From Trueperaceae bacterium (lineage in GTDB: Bacteria; Deinococcota; Deinococci; Deinococcales; Trueperaceae): a DNA stretch of 37,298 bases. Positions 18,120 through 26,985 of the stretch are shown here, in pieces (position 1 is the first letter of the stretch; each line of letters opens with the position of its first letter). The notes under the pieces are model-generated. The model saw only the letters and a program-made list of their open reading frames with translations, was not told where the DNA came from and made no database searches. The position numbers were made by a program, and so were the translations under genes. The stretch covers positions 29,029-66,326 of the forward strand of contig JBBDRK010000081.1 of NCBI GenBank assembly GCA_040905465.1, given 5' to 3'.

Positions 18120-18664
18120 TCGGGGCTGGTCGCTGCGCTGGTGATGAAGGGCACGTTGCGGTACTCGTGCGCCACGTCGAGGCCGTAGCCGTAGACGAAC
18201 GCGTCCTCGATCTCGAATCCGAGGTAATCGATTTCGACCTCGACCAACCGCCGCGACGGCTTGGACAGGAGCGTGGCCACGCCCACCGAAAGCGGTCCCC
18301 GACCCTCGAGATAGTGGCGCAGATATTGCATAGTGAGCCCGGTGTCGATGATGTCTTCGACAAGCAGCACGTTGCGACCCTTGAGACTGAGATCGAGGTC
18401 CTTCACGAGTCTCACCTCGCCGCTCGATTCGGTGCGCGAACCGTAGCTCGAGACGGAGAGGAAATCGACAGTCAATGGCAAGTCGATCGCCCGCACGAGG
18501 TCCGCCATGAATATGAACGCCCCGTTGAGCACGCACACCAGGTGCAGCGGTTTGTTCTGATAGTCGCAGCGTATTCGCTCGCCGAGTTCCTTCACCCGCG
18601 TTCGGATCTGCTCCTCGTCGAGCTGCACGCGCCCACTTCCGGGCTGGAAGATCGTATCAGCCAT
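18116..18664 (-). CDS. hpt: hypoxanthine phosphoribosyltransferase
   Basis: VLNGAFIFMADL, VLLVEDIIDTGLT and GYGLD. Confidence 0.95.
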   Translation of the reverse strand: MADTIFQPGSGRVQLDEEQIRTRVKELGERIRCDYQNKPLHLVCVLNGAFIFMADLVRAIDLPLTVDFLSVSSYGSRTESSGEVRLVKDLDLSLKGRNVLLVEDIIDTGLTMQYLRHYLEGRGPLSVGVATLLSKPSRRLVEVEIDYLGFEIEDAFVYGYGLDVAHEYRNVPFITSAATSPE

Positions 18665-18774
18665 GTTCCCTCGTTCCCTGCCCAGCGCCTGCTGCGCCGG
18701 TTCTCCTACCGCCCTCGGCGGCCACGCAAGCGAGTATACCGGCCGCGACTGCGCGCCCGTACCGTTGACCCGCC

Positions 18775-19482
18775 TCAGGCTCCGTCGATGACAGCCTCGT
18801 CGATGTCGTCTGGCGACAGCTCGCGCCATGAGCCCGGCGCCAGGTCGCCCAACTCGAGTCGGCCGATGCCGGTTCGCACTAGTCGCGTCACGTCGTAGTC
18901 CAGGACCTCGAGCATCCGGCGTACCTGCCGCTTGCGACCCTCCGCCAGGACCAGCAGACAGCCGCCGGGGCGATTACTCGCCTGCAGGGCCCTTGCCGGT
19001 CCGTCGTCGAGCTCTACGCCGCGTAGCAGCCGTCGCAGCGCCTCGCTGGAAACGGTTCCCTGACGGCACCAGATGCGGTAGCTCTTGCGGTGACGGTAGC
19101 GCGGGTGGCTCAAACGGAGCGTCAACTCCCCGTCCGTGGTCAGCAGAAGCAACCCCTCCGACTCCATGTCCAGGCGGCCGACCGGATGCAGGCCCGGTAT
19201 CGCCGGTACCAGGTCCATGACGGTCTTCCGTCCCCGCTCGTCGCGGGCGGTAGTGACGACCCCGGTCGGCTTGTTCAGCATCAAGGTGACTGCGCGCGTC
19301 TCGCCCACTACCTCCTTGCCGTCCACCATCATCGCGTCGCCCGGCTCCACTCGCATGCCGAGCACGGCCCGCTGACCGTTCACGGTTACACGGCCATGGC
19401 GGATCAGGTCTTCGACGCCGCGACGGCTCGCCACGCCCAACCTTGCCAACACCTTTTGCAAGCGCTCGCCGGGGAGACTCAC
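18775..19482 (-). CDS. rluB: rRNA pseudouridine synthase (RluB/RsuA family)
   Basis: S4 domain ERLQKVLARLGVASRR, catalytic VGRLD and EGRKRQVRRM. GAGGAGG SD favours GTG 19482. The exact family member is uncertain. Confidence 0.85.
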   Translation of the reverse strand: MSLPGERLQKVLARLGVASRRGVEDLIRHGRVTVNGQRAVLGMRVEPGDAMMVDGKEVVGETRAVTLMLNKPTGVVTTARDERGRKTVMDLVPAIPGLHPVGRLDMESEGLLLLTTDGELTLRLSHPRYRHRKSYRIWCRQGTVSSEALRRLLRGVELDDGPARALQASNRPGGCLLVLAEGRKRQVRRMLEVLDYDVTRLVRTGIGRLELGDLAPGSWRELSPDDIDEAVIDGA

Positions 19483-19590
19483 CCGCTGCACCTCCTCGCT
19501 CCGGCGAGTCTACCCGCCTCGTCTCGTCGCCGAAACACCGCGGGCGGGAAGGAACACCCTCCGGCACCCGGTCCTGATACGCTTGCTCGC

Positions 19591-20679
19591 ATGGTCAACC
19601 CTATCCACGAGAAGTTTGCCCGTCTACTCGTCCACTACTCGTGCCAGGTCGAGCCCGGCGACAAGGTCTCACTTAACCTCCACTCCGCCGCCAGCCCGTT
19701 GGCGCGTGCGCTGGTGCGTGAGGTACTGGCAGCCGAAGCATTTCCGATCCTGAAGATGACGTACCCGGAATACGAGGAGGATCTCCTCGGAACCGCCCCC
19801 GACAGCTATCTCGACAGCAGCCCGGAGTTCGAGCTGAACGAGATCCGCCAGATTCAGGCCTGGATCCGGGTGCGCGCGCCGCAGAACACGCGCGCATTGC
19901 AGAATCTGGAGAAGAGCCGCTACTCGCGTTGGCTCAAGCGCAACCGGCCGGTCCAGGATTACCGGCTCGACCACACCCGCTGGGTCGGCACCCTCTTCCC
20001 CACCGACGCTCTCGCCCAGGACGCCGGGATGAGTCTCGACGAGTATCAGAACTTCCTCTACGACGCGATGTTCCTGCTCGACGACGACCCGGTCGCGCGC
20101 TGGCAGGAGCAGGAGGACTACCAACGGAAGTTGGTCGACCGCCTGACGCAGGCGCGTGAGGTGCGGATAACCGGCGACGAGACCGATCTCACCCTGCTGA
20201 CGCAGGCGCGGACATGGGTCAACTCGGCTGGCCGGCACAACATGCCTTGCGGCGAGGTATTCACCGGCCCGGTCGAATCGAGCGCCAGCGGCGTCATCAA
20301 GTACCAGGTGCCTTCGTCGGTCAACGGGGTCGAGGTCGAGAACATCCGCCTGCGATTCCAGGAGGGCAAGGTGGTCGAGGCGAAAGCGGATCGTGGCGAC
20401 GACCTGCTGCAGGCTCAGCTCGCCAGCGACGACGGCGCCCGCTACCTCGGCGAACTCGGAATCGGCACCAACTACCGAATCCAGCAGCCGACCAAGCAGA
20501 TACTCTTCGACGAGAAGATAGGCGGCACCGTTCACTTGGCTGTCGGAAGCTCGTACAGCGAAACCGGGGGCGTGAACAAGAGCGCCATTCATTGGGACAT
20601 GGTCTGCGACCTTCGTCAGGGCGGCGCAATCTACCTCGACGGGGAGCTGTTCCAGGAGAACGGCAAGTTCCTGGTCTGA
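19591..20679 (+). CDS. M29 aminopeptidase (AmpT/AmpS-like)
   Basis: NMPCGEVFTGP, GELGIG, LFDEKIGGTVHLAVG and SAIHWDMV. The ATG is 7 nt after TACGCT. Confidence 0.93.
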   Translation: MVNPIHEKFARLLVHYSCQVEPGDKVSLNLHSAASPLARALVREVLAAEAFPILKMTYPEYEEDLLGTAPDSYLDSSPEFELNEIRQIQAWIRVRAPQNTRALQNLEKSRYSRWLKRNRPVQDYRLDHTRWVGTLFPTDALAQDAGMSLDEYQNFLYDAMFLLDDDPVARWQEQEDYQRKLVDRLTQAREVRITGDETDLTLLTQARTWVNSAGRHNMPCGEVFTGPVESSASGVIKYQVPSSVNGVEVENIRLRFQEGKVVEAKADRGDDLLQAQLASDDGARYLGELGIGTNYRIQQPTKQILFDEKIGGTVHLAVGSSYSETGGVNKSAIHWDMVCDLRQGGAIYLDGELFQENGKFLV

Positions 20680-20688
20680 TAGAGGAAT

Positions 20689-20728
20689 AGGCAGTGGCGA
20701 AGCTCGTCTGGTCAGTCCCCAACTGCCT
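20689..20728. terminator. possible hairpin between convergent genes
   Basis: AGGCAGT...ACTGCCT inverted repeat with a long loop. Confidence 0.3.
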
Positions 20729-20740
20729 TGGCCTTGGCAA

Positions 20741-21496
20741 CTACCTGGCTGTCCAACCGAGGTCTATGGTCTGCACTCCGCCGGTAACGCCCCAGGACTC
20801 CTCCGAGGCCAGGAACAACACGTAGCGCGCCACGTCGTGCGGTTCGAGCAACCGCTTGACCGCGACATTCTCCAGCAACACCTTGCTCTCGACCTGCTCG
20901 GCAGGGATTCCCCGGGTGCGGGCCTGGTCGGCGATCTGCCTCTTCACCAGAGGCGTTCGCACATAGGCGGGACACACCGTGTTGCAGGTAATGCCGACTT
21001 CTCCGCCCTCCAGGCAGGCTACCCGCATCAACCCCAGCAAGCCGTGCTTGGCGGTCACGTAAGCGGCCTTGTAGGGACTGGCGGTGAGGCTGTGGGCGCT
21101 GCCGATGTTCACGATGCGCCCGTTGCCGCTTCCAGCGAGGTGCTCCCAGGCGTACTTGACGAGCAGGAATGGCGCGGTGAGCATGAGGGCGATCATCTCG
21201 TCCCAGGTGTCCTCGGGAAAATCGGGGAGCGGGTCGATGTGCTGGAACCCGGCATTGTTCACGAGAACGTCGAGGGCACCCAGCCGCGCGACCGTCTCCC
21301 GGACCGCCAACGCGCATCCGCTGCGCCGGCTCAGGTCGGCTTCGATGAACTCCCCGCCGGCAGCGGCCGCCACCCGCCGGCCGTTCTGCTCGTCTCGGTC
21401 GACGACCGCCACCTCGTAGCCGGCCGCTGCGAGCGTTTCGGTACAGGCCCGGCCGATTCCGCTCGCGCCTCCCGTAATGAGTGCCACTCGTGTCAT
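20741..21496 (-). CDS. bdhA: 3-hydroxybutyrate dehydrogenase (SDR)
   Basis: [35 protein letters not shown] and [10 protein letters not shown]. Confidence 0.85.
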   Translation of the reverse strand: MTRVALITGGASGIGRACTETLAAAGYEVAVVDRDEQNGRRVAAAAGGEFIEADLSRRSGCALAVRETVARLGALDVLVNNAGFQHIDPLPDFPEDTWDEMIALMLTAPFLLVKYAWEHLAGSGNGRIVNIGSAHSLTASPYKAAYVTAKHGLLGLMRVACLEGGEVGITCNTVCPAYVRTPLVKRQIADQARTRGIPAEQVESKVLLENVAVKRLLEPHDVARYVLFLASEESWGVTGGVQTIDLGWTAR

Positions 21497-21535
21497 GTGA
21501 CCGGCACTATACCGCCCACGTCCTATCCTCGAGGA

Positions 21536-22018
21536 GTGCTTCTGGTGGGCCTGATATCCGATACCCACGGGCTGCTGCGGCCGCAGGCGCTGACCGCGCT
21601 CGCCGGATGCGACCTCGTTCTACACGCCGGCGACGTGGGCGACTCGGAGATCCTCAAGCGTCTGAGCGAAATCGCGCCGGTCCACGCGGTGCGTGGGAAT
21701 ACCGATGAGGGCGGATACGCTGCCGAGCTTCCGACTTCACTGACACTTCCACTGGAGGGGCTCACCCTGTTGTTGCACCACGGTCACCGCCCGCTTTCCG
21801 ATGAGCGACTCTCCGATTGCCAGGTCGTGGTCCAGGGCCACAGTCACAAGCCATCGTTGCAGAGGCGCGAGGGACGGTTGTACATCAATCCGGGAAGTGC
21901 CGGGCCTCGCAGGTTCAGCCTGCCGGTCACGCTTGGACTGTTGCGCATCGACGGAGATAGGGCCACGGCGGAGCTCGTCGACCTGCAATCACCGGCGGGC
22001 TCCCGGGAACAGCTGTGA
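21536..22018 (+). CDS. YfcE/MJ0936-family metallophosphoesterase
   Basis: ISDTHG, HAGD, VRGNTD, HHGH, GHSH and [10 protein letters not shown]. The GTG is 6 nt after TATCCT. Confidence 0.9.
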   Translation: MLLVGLISDTHGLLRPQALTALAGCDLVLHAGDVGDSEILKRLSEIAPVHAVRGNTDEGGYAAELPTSLTLPLEGLTLLLHHGHRPLSDERLSDCQVVVQGHSHKPSLQRREGRLYINPGSAGPRRFSLPVTLGLLRIDGDRATAELVDLQSPAGSREQL

Positions 22019-22212
22019 ACAACCGCATAGCGATGCCACTGCCGCGAGTGCGACCATCCGGTCGGCAGTGGAAGTCAGTCGGAGCAAGCCCTCCCAATCT
22101 CGGCGCATGGGGTGGGTCGAGCCGGAGCGCGATCGGAGACGACCGTGACCGGACAGTTGCACGTGGCAAAGCGCCTTTACCTCGATCGGCGGGGGCAGCA
22201 GGGAACCCGGCG

Positions 22213-22554
22213 ATGGCAAAGATGGCAATCCAATCAGCGAGTCTCGACGAGTTGCGGGCAGAGTTGACGCACACTCGTCTCGGCCACGAGATCTTCGAGT
22301 CGGTGGAGGCGAACGCCGGCGGATCTTCCGCGAACGGTTCGGACGCGAGCAGGCTTGCCTCGTTCGTCGCCAGCCTCATCACCGACCTGTACGATACCGA
22401 GTCGAGCAGCGCCCAGAACCGGCTGCGGTTGACCACCAACCTGGAGATGGCCGCCGATCGACTTCAGGCGCTGGCTCAACAGTTGCGCAGCCAGGCCACG
22501 TCCGAAACTGCCATCGACGGGCCTGGTGACCAGTACCTCCTCCAGAAGGACTGA
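22213..22554 (+). CDS. hypothetical helical protein (about 113 aa)
   Basis: Protein-like composition from ATG 22213 and a coiled-coil-like C-terminal half; no family recognised and the start is uncertain. Confidence 0.6.
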   Translation: MAKMAIQSASLDELRAELTHTRLGHEIFESVEANAGGSSANGSDASRLASFVASLITDLYDTESSSAQNRLRLTTNLEMAADRLQALAQQLRSQATSETAIDGPGDQYLLQKD

Positions 22555-22604
22555 TTGCACGGTTCTGACTGGCGGCTCGGCTCACGGAGCGAGTCCACCG
22601 GAGC

Positions 22605-22634
22605 TTGCAGGCCCCCGGGACACGGTGATAAACT
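22605..22634 (+). promoter_or_regulatory. sigma70-type promoter for tRNA-Leu
   Basis: TTGCAG-18 nt-TAAACT with a TG extension. Confidence 0.55.
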
Positions 22635-22702
22635 TCTTTCTCGGTCGCGGCTGCGGTAGCCTGGAAGCGACCGAAGATGGCGCCGGCTGGCGCCGATGCT
22701 AT

Positions 22703-22789
22703 GCCGAAGTGGCGGAATTGGTAGACGCGCACGATTCAGGGTCGTGTCCCTTTACGGGGGTGGGGGTTCAAGTCCCCCCTTCGGCACCA
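22703..22789 (+). tRNA. tRNA-Leu (anticodon CAG)
   Basis: GCCGAAG acceptor stem, D-loop GGAATTGGTAGAC, anticodon arm CACGA-TTCAGGG-TCGTG, long variable arm, GGTTCAAGTCC and encoded CCA. Confidence 0.97.
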
Positions 22790-22798
22790 TAAGCAGAA

Positions 22799-22825
22799 GA
22801 GGCGCGGTCCGTCGGGCCGCGCCTC
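22799..22825 (+). terminator. GC-rich hairpin after tRNA-Leu
   Basis: GAGGCGCGGTCC-gtc-GGGCCGCGCCTC; no strong U-tract on the + strand. Confidence 0.6.
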
Positions 22826-22856
22826 CGTATACCGGCCATATCAGGGGAGAGCAGCT

Positions 22857-24101
22857 GTGACTACATCCGCCAAAGGCTCTCGTTCCGACAGCGAGCGAAC
22901 CGGTGACGACAGGAGCGACAACGGGACACTCTCCTCACAGTCGACACCACGTTCGAAGCCACAGTCGACGCCACGGTCGACGAAATCGTGGACCACCGGA
23001 GCGCGCCTGGTGCGCCAGGTCATCACGCTTGCGCTACTCGCGCTCGCATCCCTCGGTTTCGGCCAGGCCGCCGACACGGGTTATGTCGAAGGCCGGATCC
23101 TCGAACTCAGCCAGGATGAGGCCGGCCAGTCGCGAGCGATAGTGCGCCTGCGGGACGGACGCACGGTAAACGCGACGGTTCCAGCCCAGGATGCCTACGC
23201 TCCGTCCGGGCTGCCCGAGTATCGCGGCGGTCAGCGAGTAGAGCTCTACTTCTCCCCTGCCCCCGGCCGTGAAGGGCGAACCGAGTACGTGGTGGTCGAC
23301 TGGGTGAGACGGCCTGCACTGTACTGGCTGGTGGCGCTGTTTCTGTTCGCATCGGTGGTAGTTGCCCGACTAAAGGGCTTGCGGGCGTTCACCGCCACCG
23401 CGGTGAGCCTCGCTATCGTCGTAATGTTCATCGTGCCACGCATCCTCGAGGGCTGGAATCCGATGCTGGTGAGCCTGCTCGGAGTCGGCGGAATCCTCCT
23501 GCTCGCCATCTACTTCGTTCACGGCGTCAACTGGTCGACTACCGCCGCGCTGACTGGGACCCTGGTGGCGGTGATCCTCACCATGGCGCTGGGGGTGCTG
23601 TTCACCGAACTCGCCCACCTCACCGGCTATGGCTCCGAGGAGGCGTTACTGATCAGTTTCGGCGCCAACCAGGTCAGCCTCAAGGGGCTGCTCCTGGCGG
23701 GCTTGCTGGTGGGCGCGTTGGGCGCCCTCACCGACATAACGATCGTGCAGGCGAGCGTAGTGCGTGAGCTGTCGCACGTCAATCCGGAACTGGACTGGCC
23801 GCAGCTCTATCGCCGCGGAATGAACGTGGGGCTGGACCATATCGGCTCACTGGTAAATACCTTGGTCCTGGCCTACGTGGGTGCCTCACTGCCGCTGTTG
23901 GTGCTCCTGACCCTCAACGACTTCTCCCTTGGCCGCGCCCTCAACATCGAGCTCGTGGCGGCCGAGGTGGTGCACACCTTGGTCGGTTCGATCGGTCTGA
24001 TACTGGCGGTGCCGCTGACCACGCTGATCGCAGCGCTGCTGTTTCGCGGAGATCGGCTCAAGCTGGTGCCCGGGGAGCTGGAGCATGCACACGGGCACTG
24101 A
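22857..24101 (+). CDS. YibE/F-family membrane protein
   Basis: GALGALTDITIVQAS, GMNVGLDHIGSLVNTLVLAYVG and GSIGLILAVPLTT; multi-TM with an HAHGH tail. Start uncertain. Confidence 0.88.
   Translation: MTTSAKGSRSDSERTGDDRSDNGTLSSQSTPRSKPQSTPRSTKSWTTGARLVRQVITLALLALASLGFGQAADTGYVEGRILELSQDEAGQSRAIVRLRDGRTVNATVPAQDAYAPSGLPEYRGGQRVELYFSPAPGREGRTEYVVVDWVRRPALYWLVALFLFASVVVARLKGLRAFTATAVSLAIVVMFIVPRILEGWNPMLVSLLGVGGILLLAIYFVHGVNWSTTAALTGTLVAVILTMALGVLFTELAHLTGYGSEEALLISFGANQVSLKGLLLAGLLVGALGALTDITIVQASVVRELSHVNPELDWPQLYRRGMNVGLDHIGSLVNTLVLAYVGASLPLLVLLTLNDFSLGRALNIELVAAEVVHTLVGSIGLILAVPLTTLIAALLFRGDRLKLVPGELEHAHGH
22936..22983 (+). repeat. two imperfect 24-bp tandem units in the YibE/F 5' region
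   Basis: CACAGTCGACACCACGTTCGAAGC followed by CACAGTCGACGCCACGGTCGACGA. Confidence 0.7.
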
Positions 24102-24223
24102 TGCCTTGGCGACGTTGCTTGCGAACCCAGTCCGTCGGCGGTCATCGCGGGGCTGCAATCGGTCGGTGCCTACTGCGTCCGAGGCAACATGGACGAGGTG
24201 ATCGCCCCACCGTCCGCGCCGGC
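24102..24223 (+). pseudogene. 122-bp duplicated internal fragment of the metallophosphoesterase gene at 26067-26822
   Basis: Aligns to 26163-26284 with 5 mismatches by manual count; it lacks the 5' and 3' ends of the gene. Confidence 0.9.
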
Positions 24224-24393
24224 ACCGCCGCCCACTGACGTCGTCCCGCTATCCGGTACGCGGCCAGTTAGGGCGTCCGGCACGATTGGCCTGGCACTGC
24301 TTGACGAGCGAGTTGAGTGCACATACAGTTATCGGCGAAGGTGGTGACGCGAAAGACCCGAGCTTTACTCGAAGGGGCAGCGAGGTGACGATC

Positions 24394-25353
24394 ATGACGA
24401 TTCCGGCCGATAGTGCAAGCGAGCAGACGACAGGGGCGTCGAACCGGCAGAAGATAGTGCCGCACCTCTGGTTCGGCAAGGAGGCCGAGGAAGCAGTGGC
24501 TTTCTATACCTCCCTCTTCCCCGACTCGGTCACCGGTGATGTGGCCCGCTACAGCGCCGCGGGCCAGGAGATCCACGGCCAGGAACCCGGCACCGTTATG
24601 ACGGTGGACTTCCGGCTGGCCGGGACCCGCTTCCTGGCTCTCAACGGGGGCCCCCACTTCAAGTTCACGCCGGCGACCTCCTTCTTCGTGTTGTGTGACT
24701 CCGCCGAAGAGGTAGATCGCCTGTGGGAAAGGCTCGTGGACGGGGGCACCGCCCTGATGGAGCTGGGCAGCTACGACTGGAGCGAGCGCTACGGCTGGGT
24801 TCAGGACCGCTTTGGCCTCAGTTGGCAGCTCTTCCTGGGTGACCGCCAAGAGGCCGGTCAGAAGGTCGTGCCCTGTCTGCTGTTCACCGGTGCTGAGCCC
24901 CGGGCCCAAGCCGCCATGGACCTCTACACTTCGGTGTTCCCGAACTCGGGCGTGGACATTGTGAGCCCGCATCCGGCCGGGGGTCCGCTGGAGGGAATGG
25001 TCGCGCACGCCCAGTTCAGGCTCGACGGCGAGATCTTTGCGGCCATGGACGGCGGTCCCGATCACCATTTCACGTTCAACGAGGCGATCTCCCTGCTGGT
25101 GGAGTGCGAGGACCAGGCAGAGATCGACCACTACTGGGAGAGGCTCGGCGAGGGCGGCGACCCCGCTGCCCGGCAGTGCGGATGGCTCAAGGACCACTTC
25201 GGGGTCTCCTGGCAGATCACCCCGAAGATCCTCGGCCGGATGATGGTCGACGAGGACCGCAACAAGGTGGATCGGGTGACCAACGCATTCATGCCGATGA
25301 AGAAGCTCGACATCGCCCAGCTCGAGGCGGCCTACCGCGGCGACGAGGCCTGA
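24394..25353 (+). CDS. two-domain VOC/PhnB-like (3-demethylubiquinone-9 3-methyltransferase-like) protein
   Basis: Duplicated domains KIVPHLWF...YGWVQDRFGLSWQ and KVVPCLLF...CGWLKDHFGVSWQ. GAGGTG SD. Confidence 0.88.
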   Translation: MTIPADSASEQTTGASNRQKIVPHLWFGKEAEEAVAFYTSLFPDSVTGDVARYSAAGQEIHGQEPGTVMTVDFRLAGTRFLALNGGPHFKFTPATSFFVLCDSAEEVDRLWERLVDGGTALMELGSYDWSERYGWVQDRFGLSWQLFLGDRQEAGQKVVPCLLFTGAEPRAQAAMDLYTSVFPNSGVDIVSPHPAGGPLEGMVAHAQFRLDGEIFAAMDGGPDHHFTFNEAISLLVECEDQAEIDHYWERLGEGGDPAARQCGWLKDHFGVSWQITPKILGRMMVDEDRNKVDRVTNAFMPMKKLDIAQLEAAYRGDEA

Positions 25354-25587
25354 GTCCGGCGGCTAGCGAAAGGCACCAAGCCAGGTCGATCGAATCGGGC
25401 CCCTCGGAGCGGGACCGATAACTTTGCCTTGGCCACGGCGATCTTCCGCGGACATCAGTGCCCCTGCCAGCTGCCCTAAGCTGAAGACTTCCGTCTCGTA
25501 GAAGCCCTTCCTCGGGCCCCGCTACGATCCTGACCCCGTTGATTGCCAGCGGAGGCATCTCGGTCCGGATACGATGAGAGGACAGTG

Positions 25588-26070
25588 ATGAGAGTCCTGG
25601 TGCTGTGCACACACAACTCGGCCCGCAGCCAGATGGCGGAAGGGTGGCTTCGCCGTTACGCCCTGGAAAGCGGTCTCGACGCCGAGGTGCTCTCGGCCGG
25701 TACCGAGAAGACGCGGGTCAAAGCCGAGGCCGTCGAGGCGATGCGGGAGGTGGGGATCGACATCTCCGGGCACACCTCCAAGACGCTGTTCGAACTGCCC
25801 GATCCCTGGAAGTTCGATCTGGTGCTCACCGTCTGCGACAGCGCCAACGAGGCATGTCCGACGTACCCGGCGAAGACCACGAGACTACACGTTTCTTTTG
25901 CCGATCCCAGCGAGCTACCTCCCGGCCAAGCGGATCGCGGGCCAGAGCGCTGGCGAGAAGTTCGCGATGCGCTGGGTGAGATGAGTCGGCGGCTGGTCAG
26001 GGCGCTGACAGAGGGGCGAACACCGACGGACTACGAACTGGTGCCGGACGTACCGCCTCACTCGCCATGA
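25588..26070 (+). CDS. arsC: thioredoxin-coupled arsenate reductase (LMW-PTP fold)
   Basis: P-loop CTHNSARSQMAEG, distal cysteine pair TVCDSANEACP, and FADP. Confidence 0.85.
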   Translation: MRVLVLCTHNSARSQMAEGWLRRYALESGLDAEVLSAGTEKTRVKAEAVEAMREVGIDISGHTSKTLFELPDPWKFDLVLTVCDSANEACPTYPAKTTRLHVSFADPSELPPGQADRGPERWREVRDALGEMSRRLVRALTEGRTPTDYELVPDVPPHSP

Positions 26071-26822
26071 AGTTGTTGCTGCTCAGCGACATCCAGGGAA
26101 ATGAGAGCGCGCTGGAGGCCGTTCTGTCCCACCGAGATGCGCAGCAGGCGGACGCCGTTGTCTGCCTCGGCGACGTTGCTTGCGGACCCAGTCCGTCGGC
26201 GGTCATCGCGGGGTTGCAATCGGTCGGTGCCTACTGCGTCCGGGGCAACATGGACGAGGTGATCGCCGCACCGTCCGCGCCGGCTGCCGAGGCGGAGACG
26301 AGCTCCGAGCCGTTCGAGGCGATCGACCGCTGGTGCTCGGCGCAGCTGTCCGCGAGGCAGCGTCAGTGGCTTGCCTCCCGGCCGCTCACCTTCGAACTCG
26401 AGCTGAAAGGCGACATCACGTTGCTGGCCTGTCACGGGTCCCCGCGATCGGTAGACGAGGTAATAGCTCCCGACTCACCTGCCGCCGACGTACTCGCCGC
26501 CACCGGTGACTGGCAGACCGGCATTCTTGCAGTCGGCCACCTTCACCAGTCGATGCTGCGCTGGATCGGCGAACTCCTGGTACTGCACCCCGGAAGTGTC
26601 GGGTGGCCAGAACCTGGCTCCGGCGTGCCTCACCCCGGCAGGCCTCGCGCCACCACGCGCCGCCCACTGCGCGCTTCATTCGCCCTCGTACAGTGCAGCG
26701 ACGGCAATCTTCAGGTTCAGTTCCACACGGTTCCCTATCGGTTCGAAGCGTTACGCCGAGAGGTGCTGCAGTCCGGAATGCCTCACGGCATCTGGTACCT
26801 GGAACATTGGGAAGCTCACTGA
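26067..26822 (+). CDS. metallophosphoesterase-family protein
   Basis: SDIQGN, LGD, RGNMD, CHGSP, GHLH and HPGSVG. ATGA overlap with arsC. Confidence 0.85.
   Translation: MKLLLLSDIQGNESALEAVLSHRDAQQADAVVCLGDVACGPSPSAVIAGLQSVGAYCVRGNMDEVIAAPSAPAAEAETSSEPFEAIDRWCSAQLSARQRQWLASRPLTFELELKGDITLLACHGSPRSVDEVIAPDSPAADVLAATGDWQTGILAVGHLHQSMLRWIGELLVLHPGSVGWPEPGSGVPHPGRPRATTRRPLRASFALVQCSDGNLQVQFHTVPYRFEALRREVLQSGMPHGIWYLEHWEAH
26163..26284 (+). repeat. second copy of the 122-bp direct repeat
   Basis: Matches 24102-24223. Confidence 0.9.
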
Positions 26823-26985
26823 TTCTCCTCCTCCCCTCTCCTATCCGTCGGCTCTTATCGGTCGAACTTCGAGGTTGCCGGCTTAAGGGAACCGGGGCAG
26901 TGCTGTCAGTAACAGCGCGACGCACTTCAACAGCGGTGCGTATGATCGTGCAGATTGATGTTAGGTACCAACGAGGCCCAGCGGG

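Noticed and set aside
22150-22225. c-di-GMP-I riboswitch suggested by GGCAAA motifs
   Set aside because: The GNRA-capped P2 stem and the correctly spaced second conserved GCAAA/P3 elements could not be built.
22936-22983. CRISPR-like repeat
   Set aside because: Only two adjacent units with no spacers and no cas genes.
25354-25585. Possible pseudogene or ncRNA in the VOC-arsC gap
   Set aside because: Short open frames exist on the minus strand, but none resembles a known family, and there is no convincing structure.
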